This document shows positions 22,046 to 37,729 of a stretch of 64,000 nucleotides of DNA, piece by piece. The stretch comes from Cycas panzhihuaensis (Eukaryota; Plantae; Cycadophyta). The notes under the pieces are model-generated. The model ran no database searches and was not told where the DNA came from. It saw only the letters and a program-made list of their open reading frames with translations. The position numbers and the translations under genes were made by a program. The stretch is taken from NCBI GenBank assembly GCA_023213395.1, contig CM041465.1, positions 247,015,741-247,079,740 of the forward strand, written 5' to 3'. Each line of letters begins with the position of its first letter. Position 1 is the first letter of the stretch.

Positions 22046-23097
22046 CTCTTCATGGATTGTTTCTCGTCTCAATTCTCATCTCACAAGACAGTTCTCATCT
22101 CATTTCGTTCTCATTGTTTTATCTCGTTTCATCATCTGACATGTTTTGTCTCACTGCGTCATTCCTATTACATTACGATTTACCAATCTGTCATTTTATA
22201 CTTTATCTACATACTCAATCAATCATATATATTCCTATCACGTTCTATCCGTCCACGTCTCCTGATTTTCAACACAATCATCACTTATTCAGCTGTATAA
22301 TATATCAAGAATACGTTGCATTTTCTTTTGAAATCCATATATTCTTTATATTCACTTCATTTTTATATCCATTTATTTACCCTTTGTCATCAATATTAAG
22401 ACACGTTGGATATTAATATTAAAGGCATTTCATACCATATATTATAAATATCTTTTTATTATTATTATTATAGATATATACATATATACTCTTAAGCTAT
22501 TAACTTATACATAAATCATTTACGCAGCCACCAAGCTACTTAATATTATATATATTTATTGCATTCATCTAATATATATTTTATAAGAGAAATTGATTTA
22601 TAATATTAACTAGATATAACCTTTATATTCACTTTATTCATCACATATATTAGACACTTATTTGTATGTGCCATATCAATAGTCTTAAAGATCTTTGGTT
22701 ATACTTATAATCTTTGATTGTCGCAATACTGATCAGATAGTATTTTTAACTTATGTAGGGCATTTAGGCTTTGACCTCTTCTAAGTCACCTACCCATTCA
22801 ATCCATTAATATTTATGGAATAGTGGATAGTTTATCTAAACCAATTATCTATCTTCTCAGATATCTTTAGCAATCTATTAACTTATTTGATTAATTGTTT
22901 AATTCCGTCCAAAGTTCTCTTAAAATTTGATATTAAGTATTGGAAGAGTGTGAAGGTCTGTTTTACAAAGCTTCATTCAACTTATGAAATTTATACATCA
23001 AGAGTAAAAGAGATTAACAGGAGAAGCAGAGACTTACATTGGCACTCTAAACATGACCGCCAAATAGTAGAATCGTATTTATACAATTGTTAAAATA

Positions 23098-26000
23098 ATG
23101 AATACTGAAGACATGGCAGATAACACCGTTCAAAAAGAGATCATCGAACTAATCACTCAAGCAGTCCATAGCGCGGTTCAATTGTCAAACGCCCTCTTAA
23201 ACCATACCTTACACCAAATTTTGGATAAACTAACAATCATTGCGACAAGTAGAAAAGAAGATATGATTATGCCAGATTCAGAAGATGAAGCAAATAATCG
23301 TTAATCGCATTTCAGACATCAAACTATAAAAAATCAGTTAGGTCCTTAAATATCTCTGATTAATTTTGAAAATGAGGCTATCAGGAAGTATCTTAATGAA
23401 TACCATAATTTAACTCCTGAAGAATAAAAGATAGTGGGTTTTCAAGCATACTTTAATTACTTACAGAGTATTCTAGCACAGAAAAAGAAAAAGTTATAAA
23501 AAATTACTATACAACATTTCAGTATAGAACAAAAATCGCATGAGCCAAGAGTATGGATTCAGCAAATGGAAAACCACTTTCGCTTAATGGAGATTAAGAA
23601 AGCAGAGCAAGTCCCATTAGCCACCCTGCACATGGATGGGATAGCATATGAATGGTGGCAATGTCTAGAATGAACCTCTTTTTGGACTCAACTTCTAATC
23701 TGGAAAGAATTTGTACGCTTATTCATCGAACGGTTTGAGACTGTAACTAATCATGATTATTATTGTAAATTACGAAGATTAAAGCAAACTAGTTTTGTGG
23801 AAGAATACAGTGCAGCATTCACGAGGCTAAGCTATGTGTTACAAGATATTCTAACTAATTGACTTATCTAGCTATATATAGATGGTTTGATAACAGAGAT
23901 CCAAGTCGATGTTAAAATTCAAGAACCTCGAGATCTGAATAAGGTAATACAACTGGCCAAAATACAAGAAAGAAAGATCAATGAATTAAGGAAGGTAAGA
24001 ACAAGACCTTATATTCCTTTGTATGCTCATTCTAATCCTCCTTTAGCTATATGACCTAGTTTTGTACCTAACAGAGTTACTCAGCCAGTTAAACCATTAC
24101 TTCAAAGAACAAGAGCTGAGCAAGAAGAATTATGAAAAAAGAATCTCTATTTTAGGTGTGCTGAAAAATGGACACCTAATCATAAATGTCAGAAAAATCA
24201 ATTATACACAATCGAATTATCTCTAGTAGCAGAGGATGAGGAAATTAAAGAAGAGGATGGTTTCGAATGTGGCCAGGAAAATATTAAAAATCAGGAGTAT
24301 CAATATAACCAAGAGGAGGACATCTTAAAAATATCATTCTTAGCTATGAGTGCTTTGACATGATCTGACACACTTAAACTATGAGGATTTATTAAAAATC
24401 AAGTTATTACAATTTTGATTGATCCAGGAAGTACTCATAATTTTATTGATAGAATATCAACTCAACATTTAAAATTATTTCCATCTAGAACAACACCTTT
24501 TCAAGTAAGTGTTGGAGGGTGACAGGTTATATCTGGATAAGGAATAATAGAAAACCTCAAAATCTCAATTGGTGGCATTACTCTTAAAGAAATTTTTTAT
24601 ATATTAGATGTTGGTGGAGTAGATATTATTCTGGGAAGTCAATGGTTATGAACCTTGGAAACTTTTAAGATGAATCTTGAAGAATAATTTATGAGATATA
24701 AGAAAGATGGAAGAATTATCATCCTTCAAGGAGAAAAACCTGGAAATAGCCAATTGATATCTTGTAAAAAAATAGAAAAATTAATCAAGAAGGGCCATCA
24801 TGGTATGATGGCTCAACTTTTTTCGATCTAAGCATAAATTAAACCAACTATACAAGAAAATGAACTACAAAAGGTCATCCAGAAGCATAAAAAAGTTTTT
24901 CAAAATATTCCAGCAAAATTACCACTGCATAGGGGATTTGAACATCAAATCGAATTAGAAGCAGACACTAATCTGATTGTCATCTGGTCCTATAAACAAC
25001 CATATCATTATCAGAATGAGATTGAAAAGATCATATAAGAATTATTAGATATAGGAGCAATAACTCCTAGTAATAGCCCTTTTGCAGCACTGTTAATCTT
25101 AGTAAGAAAAAAAGATGGATCTTACCATATGTGCATAGATTATCGGGCACTAAATAAAGTTACAATAAAAAATAAATTTCCTATACCAAGAATCGATGAA
25201 TTATTAGACAAATTACATGGAGTACAATATTTTTCTAAAATCGATTTAAAATTAGGCTATCATCAAATTCACATTAAACTAGAAGATACATACAAAACAG
25301 CCTTCAGTACACACCATGGTCATTATGAGTTCAAGGTAATGCCCTTTGGCCTAACCAATGCACCAGCCACATTCCAAGCTATAATAAATCAAGTTCTGAA
25401 ATCTTTCTTATGGAAGTTTATCTTAATCTTCTTTGATGACATATTAATATTCGGTAAATAATGGGGAGAACACATGAATCATCTGGACTAAGTACTGAAC
25501 ACCTTAAAGAAATAAAAATTCTATGCTAACAAATCAAAATATTACTTTGGAATGAAATAAATAGAATATTTAGGTCATCTTATATCAAAAGAAGGAATTA
25601 GAGCTAACCCAGGAAAAGTTAAGGCAATTCAAGAATGGCTGACACCTAAAAATATTACAAAACTCTGAGGATTTCTAGGTTTAACAGGATATTATCGACG
25701 TTTTGCGAAAAATTATGCACAGAGAACCGTTGTTTTAACTTGTTTATTAAAACATGATTCTTTTCAATGGAATGAAAAAGCAACAAAATGTTTCGAACAA
25801 GTCAAGCAAATAATGATCCAGTTACCAATGCTTACGTCACCTGATTTTTCTAAAATTTTTATAATAGAATGTGATGCATCAGGAATGGGAATCGGTGCAG
25901 TACTGATGCAAAAAGGTAAACCCATTACATTTGAAAGTAGGAAGCTAAACAACTGAGAAATTCTAAACTCAACTTATGATAAAGAAATGCTGGCCATTAT

Positions 26001-27696
26001 ATACACTTTAGTTAAATGGTATCTGTATCTATTAAGTAGCAAATTTATAGTCAAGATAGATCATAACAGTTTATAATATTTACTAAAACAAAAAGAATTA
26101 TCCCCTAAACAACAAAAATGGATAAGTAAAATTCAGGCATTTAATTTTGACATAACATATAACAGGGGAAAAAATAATGTGGTAGTTGATGCCTTGTCAC
26201 GGAAAGATGAAGAGAATACAGAATCTCAATTAATGGCTATCTCAATGATAGAACCTGTATGGATCATGGATTTATAATCAGAGTATGTGAAAGATCTTAA
26301 TATTCAACAACCCATTCAAAGAATTCAATAAGTAAAAGAAGACAAGTTTGAATGGAGAAATGATATTTTATGGTATAAAGGACGAATATTCTTAGGTACA
26401 AACTCAGCTTTCTGTAACAAGATATTAAATGAGGCACATGTAGTACCTACCGCAGGACATGAAGGATTTTATAAAACATATCTACGAGTTAAATAGTCAT
26501 TTTTCTGGAAAGGAATGAAAAAGGACATAATGAAATTTGTAGCTGAATGCACAGTATGCCAAGTCAACAAATATGAACGTATTGCTACTCCTGGTCTACT
26601 ATAGCCTCTTCCTATTCCGTAATAAAAATAGGAAAGTATTAGCATGGATTTTATCACAAGTTTACCAAAATTAGAAGGGAAAGATGCTATCTATGTAGTT
26701 GTGGATCGTTTAACAAAGTTTGCTCATTTTATACCCATTCAGTCTAACTACAGAGCTCAGTAGTTAGTTGAAGTATTTATCAAAGAAATTCATAAGTTAC
26801 ATGGTTTTTCACAGAACATTATTAGCAACAGAGACCCTAAATTCTTAAGCCATTTCTGGCAAGAAATATTTCGACAAGTAGGTAAAAAATTAGATATAAG
26901 TACCAGTTATCATCCGCAAACAGATGGACAAACTGAAGCAGTTAACAAATATTTAGAGAATTATTTACAAAATTATGTAACAGATAAATAACATTTGTAG
27001 GTCAAATGGTTACATTTAGCTGAAGTATGGTATAACTCTTCTTACCATTTGTCCATTAAAATGACCCCTTATCAAGCATTATATGGCTACCAACCAACTT
27101 AGTTAAAAGATTGGTTAAAAATAGATAATAAAGTTCTAGCAGTTAATGACTATCTCTAAGAATCACATAATATAATTCAAATATTAAAGCGACATTTAAA
27201 AGAAGCAAGGAATCATATGAAACAACAAGCTGATAAAAATTGAACAGAAAGAATATTTGAAGTCAGAGATTAGGTCTATGTAAGGCTGCAACCATACAAG
27301 TAAGCATCATTAAAAAATTCTCAAAAACAAAAATTGAGTCCTTAATTGTATGGTCCTTTTCAAGTTCAATAAAAAATCAAAGCAGTGGCTTATGCCTTAG
27401 AACTTCCAACCTCAAAATTACACAATATATTTCATGTGTCATGCCTTAAAAAGAAAATTGGAGATCATGTGCAGGTATAAACAGACTTGCCTCTCCTAGA
27501 TAAAGAAGGCAAAATAATCTTATTACCAGAAGCTATTCTTGAAGTTCGAGAACGCCGGCTACGGTCAAAAACTATTCAAGAATATTTGATCAAGTGGAAA
27601 CAATTGCCTATAGAAGATGCTTCCTAAGAATCCTCTGAATTTATCAAGCTTCACCCTAAATTGAGACACAAGAGTTTCATGGGTGAAACATCTTGA
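23098..27696 (+). pseudogene. pol: Element D gag-pol with chromodomain
   Basis: Gag ATLHMDGIAYEWW; PR ILIDPGSTHNFID; RT MCIDYRALN...FFDDIL; RH ECDASG; [19 protein letters not shown]; GPF; chromodomain PEAILE...EYLIKWKQLP. Many stops. Confidence 0.93.
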
Positions 27697-27706
27697 GAGG
27701 GAGGAA
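27695..27706 (+). promoter_or_regulatory. Element D polypurine tract
   Basis: GAGAGGGAGGAA just before the 3' LTR. Confidence 0.85.
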
Positions 27707-27707
27707 T

Positions 27708-27916
27708 TATTATAAACCTCTTATTATTAATCATATTGGTTGAAAAGATACATTAAAAGGGTTATGTCCCTTGATAAACAACGGATCCAATATATATGGC
27801 CATTGTCATGTTGTAAGAATCATCTTTCAAATTGATATCAATAATATTTACTTTTCTCAAAGCTCTCTGCATTTTATTAATTCATCTTCTCCTAGTTTTG
27901 AATTGGGTTTGATGCA
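27708..27916 (+). repeat. Element D 3' LTR
   Basis: TA(TG)TTATAAACC...TTTGATGCA. Confidence 0.93.
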
Positions 27917-30900
27917 AAGAGATGTGATAAATGTTGAGGTTATAGAGGCATTACAGTCATTCATAGATATGGATGGAGAGAGAGAGGGAGAGGCAATGCC
28001 TTTAAGAGGAGATATAAGTAAAGGAGATGGTATGTATATGGCTTTGTTAATTTTAGCTTAAGTTTTGATTTATCATATAGATACTTTGGTGACTCATACA
28101 TATATATAAATGAGACTGACATCTTGTCAATGATTGATATTATAGGCAAAGATAGGATAGATGTGACTTTTATATAACATACACTTGATGCCTTTTGTCT
28201 TTTATGTATAAGCTAGATGAGCCTAATATATGGCATGATGATGACCCTAAGTTCTTAGGTCCACACATTCACCATTTTACACCATTTATTAGAGCATGAG
28301 ATATGTATAAAGCATTGCATATATAGATGATTGTGTGGAAGGCAAAATTATAAGAACAAATGGCAGTTAGAGATATAGAGGTGAGAGGGTTAGAGGCATA
28401 ACTAAAGGCTATAAAGAGTGACATATGGCACCTATGATAGATGGATGTGCTTTAAGAAGGACGATAAGCCATATCTTCAGTGAGCTAGAGCAGCCATCAA
28501 CTATGGACCCACAATCACATAGGGGAGGGGTCATGCATGCAAACCATTAGGTTGAGGGTAGACAAGCTTATTCTCAACCACCCCCTTAACTATGACAACC
28601 ACCTACTTTAAGTGAGTGAGAGGATTAGGGGATAGGGAACATGAGTCCACTCCCTGGGCATATGGTCATAAGAGTTTGAGGTTAGCTTTGAGTATGATGT
28701 ACTCTACCCATGGAAGTAATAGGACCACAATGTATCTATATCATTGTATCATATATGTTGTATTATTTATGAGCTACTTGTATATATGTATCATGATTTT
28801 TCTTATTAAGATGAGCAAACACTATCATTGTTATCTCTATCCCTTATTCCCCACTTTATATCCCTTTGATAGTTAGTATTTTTTATCATGAGTTTATTTT
28901 TGGGGCTATATACAAGTATATGAATGTTTTTAGAATTTTATTAATACCTTTTCTTTTCTTTTTTGGATTTTAGTTATGTAATATACATTAGTTATAATCA
29001 TTACAAAGTATATATCCATCATATAAGATGGAATACTACCATAGTTTTAGGCTCTTTAGTAGGGGAATTTTGAAGTCATGGTTTATCCTAGATATAGAGA
29101 TAGTGATTCCCTCAAGCACAAGTCTTAGGGAAGCAACTAGTTTATATTTATTTACAAGTGAACATACCCCTAACAAGGAGTGATAGTGCTAAGAGTGATG
29201 ATAATCAAGGATATAGGAGATGAGTGAGTTAGCTTTAACATTTTGGCTATGTGGGATGTGTTGAATAATAATGAATGACAACTATATCATGAAAAAAGTG
29301 GCAATATTTAGGAGGTCATACAAATGGTCTATAACTATCCAATGCCATATGGGACAAAGACAAGCTTACACATAAAGGGAAGAAGTGAGAATCAACTATC
29401 AACGATGTGACTCAAGCTAAATGGCTTGACTTTAATTGTATAACTATAAAAAGAAATAGCCCTCAAGGTTCAATTTTGGCACTGTAATTATGCTTTCTAA
29501 AACCAATATCTAGAACCTCTCGGGTGTTAAACAAGTTTTGATCACAATTGAAGTCATTATGGGGCCAATCAACTAGATCTAAAGCTCTTGAATGATACAC
29601 ACAATTAGACCTAAACTACATATTCATAAATGAGGATGAAATCAACACATAACTTATCCTAGATACCAAGAAGCTATAAGAATTTAAGTACATATATTCA
29701 AATCTCTTTTGTTTTCTTTTTTTATTGGTGGTATCACTCTGTACAATGATTCAAATGAGGGTCATGGTAAACTAGGCATTGATGAACCTATTTTTTAAGA
29801 TGATCCACCTCATTCATCCTCATACCTACCTAGGGGGATAGCTTGAGTACAGTTGATATATAATTTTCATTGAGGTACAGTGGGTGATGATAGTAAAATG
29901 TTTTGAAAAGTATAATAATGACTAGACTAGTTAGGGGGTGTTGAGATCTTGATGCTTTAATAAGAACCCATTTAAAGAAGCATGGGCAACAAATAGGCTG
30001 AGACCACACCCTGAAGGGATGAATTACAAGTATTTATAAAGATACTCATTCAGAATGTCTCTAATTATAAAGGGAAATGCATTGAATAATTAACTATAGA
30101 GGAGTAGCTACAGTGTACCTAAAGGGGTTTGCTATGACACAAAGTATGGGGTGCACAAAAGGAAAATGCAACAAACTAAAATTTGATTAAAGTATAACCA
30201 AGACTAGTACTAAGAAATGTAGGCAACTTAAGAGCTTGAGGTTGATTGATTATAAGTAGAGTTAATGGTGAGATATGCAAGTGTTAGTCATAGTTTAACT
30301 GAGGGCAAAGTCAACTATGAAGTGGTTCATTAATGAAGAGGTTTAAACTGTCAAAGAGATAATAATGAATTTGTTTGTTAAGCGACTAGACTTAAAAGAT
30401 GAGCAGAAGTGATTATAAGGATACTACGAGGATATTTGACTAGCTTGTTGGAAAAAAGGATTACTTAAATTAGACATAACACCAAATGAAGAATCTAACA
30501 ACTTAGACCCATAACCAAACACCACCTCATTAGCCTAGGCTAGGGGAAGAGAAGATCTTAAAAAATCTAAGACCACAAAAAGCCAATAAAAAGAAGGAAA
30601 TGTACTTATTTTTGTCCATTTATCAATTTATTATTTTTTTAATATTTTTTAGAAAAAGATATATGTATGTAGTTTATACTTGATTTTGGAGTGAAGAAAC
30701 CTAAAGGGAAGGCAAGAAAGATTTAGAGAAAAGGGCAACACTCCTAAGATTGAGAGGGAGGAGCTAAGAAGGATTAAATATTCCCTTCCTACAAGTTTAA
30801 GGTTAGTTGTTTTATTTAGTAGATGATGCCACTGAAAAAAATCAAATAGCACCAAACTTATAGGAATAAAAATTTGAATTATATTAGCTCCCCCTAAAAG

Positions 30901-31389
30901 AGGAAATCAAATATGATTCAAGAGACATGTGCAAGAAGAATCATATAAATGCTTATCAACACTAGGGAACCTTGACTAACTAATCTTCATATGGCACTTC
31001 TTAAAAGGAAACTTATTGCTTAGCAGATGGATTGAGGGACCTATTCAATAAGCCTCAATTCTCTTGGGCATGATGGATTTCCCTTAGTTATTTTTAGGTA
31101 TAAGATGCTTTAAGTGAGCTATCGCCTACCAAGGCCCTCTTTAGATCATAATTCTCACATGGGTTTCTCTCTTCCATTCTTGAGTTTGTTTTACTCAACT
31201 CAATGTGGCTCCTGACTTCCTTTCTTTAGGTTTAAAGTGACTTATGCCCCATGTAAAGGCATGTAGTTATTATGCCCTCAAGCATTGGGCCTAAGGGGAG
31301 GAGGTTGTAGTTTAAGCTCATTTGTTGAGCATGTGTAGTTTACCCTCATTTCATAGCAATGTCTAACTAGGTTATATGTAGTATTTCCT

Positions 31390-34300
31390 TAAATATTAAG
31401 AATTAATGATCTTATAAATTTTAACACCATCAAGAGTAGTCAAGTTGTAAGCCCTATTGTCTAAGTCTTTAATCATGAGGTAAGGGCTAGCCCATTTAGG
31501 AGCAAACTTCTTTTGTTTATCATGAAGTTATTCTGACTTTAATACTTTCTTACCCACACAAAACTTTTAAGGCCTCAAATGTCTATTGTAAGCTAATTTA
31601 TCCCTATTTTTTAAAACCAACTTTCTTTGATAGGCTTTAAGATAAGTTTCATCTATTTTTTTAAATTCCAATAACTTAGTTATTCTAAACTACTCTTCAT
31701 TAGTGAAATTCTTAAGTGAGACTCTAAGGAATAAGATCTCCACCTCCAAAGAAAGAACAAGTTTTATGCCATAGACTAAGGAGAAAGGTGTCATCCCCAT
31801 AACATTCCTTATGGAGGTGCAATATGCCTAAAAAGTTGAAAAGAGTTGGATGTGTCAATCATGATAAAAGGATGCCATTATTTTAGCCAAAATCTTGGTC
31901 AAAATTTTGTTAAATATTTCAATTTGATAATTAACTTATACATAGTAGGGGGGTGATGTCATATATGTTATGTAAAACTTATCATATAGCTCATCAACAT
32001 GGGCATTGTAGAACAAAGTCTTATTATCAATAATTATAACATCAAAGACCCTAAATCTATAAATAATATATAAGAGATAAACATGGCAATCATCTTCCTA
32101 ATTACTATGTTCAATGGGACCACTTTGCTTCACCTAGTAAAATATTTTATGGCAATTAAGATGAATTTATGACTACTAAACAAGTGAGGGTATATTTACC
32201 CAATGCGATGAAGGCCTTATTAGGAGAACAACCATGGTGAGAGGATATCTCTCAAGTGATTGGTTAGTTCATGAATGAGGAAGGAGAGCATTTAGCACTT
32301 CTCATACTTTTGGATATAAGTGTATGCATCTTTAAATAAGGTGGTCTAATAATAACCCATGCATAAGATGCGTTGAGTAGTAGATTGGCCACCAAAGTGA
32401 CCACCACAAATACTATCATAACACTCAATTAAGAAAGCTTGTGCTTTATAAGGGGTGAGGCATCTTAGCAAATCTCCATCAAAGGAGCATTCATAGAGAA
32501 CCTTATCAAGTAATAGGTATTGGCACATGGCTACTCTAACTCTCCTCCTCTTCTTAGAAGAGGCATCTAATAGATAAGTTTATTCTTGTAAGTAGGTTTG
32601 AATATATTTATACCATTCACCTTTATCCTCATATAGGAAAGTATCAACTTGAAAAATATACTCACTTGGGAGTGCATCATCAGCCACATGATGGTCATCA
32701 TTAGGGAGAGGTATCACAATTAACTATTTGGCAACAACCATTCTCTTTTAGATTTACAATTAAGTATTTATAAATCAAACTCTTCATGGAGTAAGACATG
32801 CTTACTTGCTTAATTAGTGAGGCTCATTTTAATAAGTAGGAGTCTAATTACTTCTAATTGTGCTACTACATAAGTGGTGTTGCCAAGCAGATAATGGTGT
32901 AGCTTCTTAGTTGTGAAGAGTAAAGTTGAACACTCTTTTTTTGGATGGAGAGAAATTAGTTTCTATAATAACCAAAATATAACTAATAAAATAGATGGCT
33001 TGCTCCCACCAAAATTCATCCTCTTAAGAAAGCATAGCCCTAAGGGATTCTTTAGTCAAGGAGACGCACAAAATGAAAGGCTTCTCAAAAAGAGGCAAAG
33101 CTAGGGTAAGCATAGAAACTAATGCTTATTTCATTCTATCGAACATTTCTTGGACTACTAGTGTCCACTCAAGTGAGGCATCCTTTTTTAGGAGGTTTGT
33201 AAATGGTTTTTCATTAAGCATAAAGTTAATAGGAAAGTGTTGTAAGAAGCCCAACCATCCAAGGAAAGATTTGATGTATGTTTAGTTGCAAGGTAGGGGT
33301 ATATTGATGATGGATTTCACTTTGTTTAGATCTACCCTAATAGAGTCTTTTAATACAATATTCCCAAGTATTTTGCCTAAGGTGACCATAAAGACATACT
33401 TGTTGGGATTAAGATATCATTGATATTTTCAACATCTTTTAAAGATAACCCTTAGATCTTGAATATGATCCTTTTGGTAGTGCGATAATCCCAACATATC
33501 ATCAAGGTAGACAATGATAGTGGAGCCAAGCAAGTCATGAAAAATAAAAATCATGGTTTGTTGATAGGTAGCTCCAATATTTTTTAGGCTAAATGGCATG
33601 ACCTTATAAGTGAAGGTTCTCTATGATGTGGTGAACATAGTTTTATAGTGATCCTTGATAAAGGTAAGAATCAGGTTGTATCCTGAGAAGCCATCCATGA
33701 GGGAGATTACTTAAAAGCCAGTTGTTTGGTCCTATATTTGGTTAAGAAATGGTAATGAAAATTAATAGTTAGGGCATAAGTCATTAACATTGAAAAAATT
33801 GATGCAAATGCTAATAAAGTCATTTTTCTTGGCAATAAGCACAATGTTTAATACCTATTAGGAGTAATCTAGTGTTTCTACAAAGTCACATTTCAAAACC
33901 ATTTTAATGTATTATTTAATTATTGTATAGAGGTGTGAGTGCATATGCTTATTTTTTTAGCACTTAGGCTTAGCCCCTAGAATAGTAGTGATGTTGTGGA
34001 CCATAACATTAGGATGTAAGCCATTCATATCACTGTAACACCATGCAAAAATAAAAGAGAACTCTCTAAATTATTTTTTCAATTGTTTGACCTTAAAAGG
34101 AGAGGAATATTCTCCTACCTTGATTATTTTTAGAGTCTCATCCATTACAAGGTCAATGTTGATGGTTCCTCCCTCCAATAGTGTTACCTTTATTAAAGTG
34201 GGATGGAGTAGGATCTAATAAAAGAGAGGAGGTGTGTGGTTCATGATTTTAACTCACCAAGGAGAAGTTAGCTTGAATGTGCTTAGCGAAGCCAAGCTTA

Positions 34301-35610
34301 TGATGATTAAGTGCGAGATTTAGAGAGGATTCTAGAAGGTGTTCTAAGAGTACTTCATTATTCTCAAAATGATTAAGGTTAAGAATAGATATTAGAGTGA
34401 AGACTCCTTGGCAAGGATAATCACAAGGGGAAGGATTATGTATGGGTGGATCTTTTGTCATAGTGATGAGAGTGAAAGGGGTGACCTTGATCAAAGTAGT
34501 TTGATCATTAGGGAAAAGCACTTAAGCATGAGTATCCTTATCAAGTTATACTAGTATATCAAATTATAATCCCAAGGAAGCATGAGGATCTTGATTAAAA
34601 AAGAGGTTATTAAGGGTAGGTGAGCTTGTTTTTTTATTATAAGTGAGGTGTTTAATGGAATGCCACAAAAGGGACTCATCACTTTGATCATAAAAATATC
34701 CCTTGACTTAACTTAGGACTATAAATATGATCATTTTGTAGTGAAGTACTACCCAAAACCTAATGACCTAAAAGAAGAGGAAGATTTCCCCTCTTAAAAA
34801 ATCATGTGGACCAAGGGAATAGAGTGTTTAATATGATTACACCTATGCTTAACAGCTTTGAGCTCACCATCATGGATAAACTTAAGTTCACCAAATAGTG
34901 AGGAACAAATTATCGACATCTAACTTATCTAAGGTCAACCTAACAAAAGGTTAAACTCGAGATCAAGGTCAAGGATTGTAATCTCAACCATGACTATCTT
35001 CCCTTTGAGAGTAAGTGGGAGAGTAACCTAACCAATTAGGGTTTTCTGATGTTCATCATATCTATGGAAAATCCAATAGAAAGGCTCATAAGTAGACATC
35101 TCTATGTCTTCAAGGATGCAAAGAGACATGACACTAATAGAAGATCCCTCATCAATAATACACCTTTTTATTGTTAATAGTATCTTTGAGAATCTCAATG
35201 TAAAAGGGTATAACTTTATTGTGATTTCTTTTTCCTTCATTGATCAATGTGGACAAATTGAATTACAAAGTTTGTTTATGGGGTAAATCAGACCATGGCA
35301 CTCTAAGAGTATCGGGCAAGAGTTGTTGTTGATTAGGGTAACTCTTAAAGAGGTACATTATGGAATTTTTTATAAGAATAATCTTCAACACTTCTATGAG
35401 AAAGAAACTACCCCCCTTCATATATTGAAGAATAAACTTGAAATAAACAGGTCCAATAAGTAACAAAGGAGGGGAATCTGAAGACTTATCCTTAGGTGGT
35501 GAGTCCCCATTAAGGGGTTTATTGGAAGGATAGACCCTAGTGGCCTCAACCATATTGATCATCTTCTTGGGTATTTTACTTTTAAGTGGTGGTTTGTTCA
35601 ATGAGTACAT
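31390..35610 (-). pseudogene. pol: Element C: heavily decayed Tat/Athila-type Ty3/Gypsy pol relic
   Basis: PR CIIDEGSSISVM (~35150); RT SLMDGFSGYN, YKVMPF (~33600-33700); INT LLRCL...CGGHFGG (32346..32528); KFAPKWASPY (~31490). Element ends not resolved. Confidence 0.85.
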
Positions 35611-37729
35611 CCTTTTATCATTGCATTTAGATGGTGATAACTTCTTGTTAATATCCTCATAATCAAAGTATTTATCATCACTATCATCATATGCCTTAGA
35701 TGTGCCCTTATCCTCAATGGTCTTTTTACCATAATCAAGAAGTGGGTCTTTGTTTATAAGTTGATCTTGGTTTAGTTTGGAAGTAGGATTTTTATTAGCC
35801 TAATTCTAATAACCAAGGGCTTTAAGTTTGTGATAGTCAAAGAGGAGGTAGTTAGTACATGCAAGAGAAAAATATTAAACATGTCATACTGGATCTTGAG
35901 CTAATGCCTCTAAAATTTAAGTAACTCAAGTATAAAAGGAAGTAGTGGAGAGAGAATAATCTCTTATAGGAAGGGATTCCTCTTATAATCAATATATAAC
36001 CTCCCAACCCTCAAAGATGAAGTCACTTGAGGGATTATTTGCATCGGTCCTAAGCCTTTAGGTGCCTTACAATGGGTGAAATATCCAAGATAAGATGGAT
36101 ATAATTGTTTTAACTATTTAAGATATGATTATATGGTAAGGGAAGTAGTGGTTACTCCCTACAAAGGAAAGGGTCCTGGTTATTGAGAAGTGGGGGAACC
36201 TGTGATCCATAATAAAGAGGTTGACTTGAGTAGCCCTAGTGGGTATTGGTATGTGCTAGGCAATAAGAAGGTATGAGGTTTTGACATGGTTATGTGGCAC
36301 ATACATATAGAATTTTATGGCTCATACCTAAAATATAGGAGAGTCGTATGGGTTAATGGGTCCTTGATGAAGTGATAATGCAAGATAAACACACAAAGAT
36401 AGCCGAGGTAAAGGAGGTTGAGTAGGAGAGATATGTGGTTCTATAATCTACATGAAGGGGTTACCTTATGAAGGATGACTACCCTGACCAATGGGTGAAT
36501 ACCTCTTGGTGATGGAGGAGGAATAGTTGGATGTGAGAAAAGAGGGCTTACCCCAACATAATGAGTAGTAGCAATAAATCCCCATTGAATTCCTATCTAA
36601 GAAGTCTTTAGTAGAGGAGCATATTATTAAACCATCATAGACTTTGTATGAATTTCATGAGTATGACCACTAGGGTCAATACCTAAAGAGGATGGGTGAA
36701 CAAGAGCCATGTGATTCCCTCTCTCTTATGCAATGATGTATGAACAAATGTGGGTTAATATGATAAGACCTAAAGCTTACTCAAATAAATATATAGGAGT
36801 TAGTAGAGGATGTGACATGGATAATCCATATTCCTCATTATGGAAGATCAATCTCATATCATCCATGCAATGATTGTGTAGTGACATAGGAGTTCCTACC
36901 AAAGACGTGCTCTCAACTAGGTCAAGCTCTTCTATAATAGGGACCTCATATAAAAGGGGTTATTTAGTGTACTCAAATGGGTTCAAAGTATCTTGAGGTA
37001 CAACTAAAGCAGTGGTACAATAAGTGATATAGGTGTTATAGCTGTTATAAAGAGTAAAGCTAGCAACTTGAGTAGCTAATAAGGAGTCTTTAGGGAGAAG
37101 ACCTTAAATTCTTATATATTACTTGAAAGGGATGTAGTAAAGATCTATGAATGATATGGAATGAAATGCAGATAAAGTATGTCAATACAACTTGAGTGGA
37201 ATATAAGGATGGAAGGAAATGCATGAAGCTAACATAACTAAGGTGAAGGATTGAAGTGGGATAAACTAGATGGATGTGTGATAATGGAAGACTCTAATGG
37301 TGTGGATTATTGAATGAGTAATTAGGAAGTTTAAGTAACTTCCTAGTATAGTTCCCAAAACGATGCTTGTTAAGGCATATCATCTTAGGAACCATAGATA
37401 AGAGGAGCACTGATCTTTATAAAGGTAATTATGGTAAAGGATGTTGACAGATCCTCAACTCTTACCCAAATTGACAAGAGATGTATTTTGAGGTGTGTGT
37501 GTTAAGAAAAGAAATATAGCAGCTATTGATTAGGTGCTAAATTAATCAAAATAAAAGAATGAAAAAAACCAAAGAAACTCTAATAAAATCAAATAATCTC
37601 TAACTACTTCCCCTTGAGGAGAAAAACAAACAAGCAAAGGCTCCTAATGAATGGGATGGTCACTAGGGTCCTTACCCCAATGGAAGATGTCCTAGGCTTT
37701 CTATTAACTAATCTATAAGCCCTTGCATG

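Larger units (their letters stand above)
21334..27916 (+). mobile_element. Element D: Reina-like chromovirus (Ty3/Gypsy), decayed full length
   Basis: 209-bp LTRs, iMet PBS, PPT, gag-PR-RT-RH-INT-chromodomain; TSD imperfect (ggaga versus a-agaga). Confidence 0.93.

Noticed and set aside
28600-31300. Additional LTR boundaries or PPTs (e.g. ~29060, ~29935, ~30890)
   Set aside because: No partner repeat or TSD was found in the window; too decayed to call.
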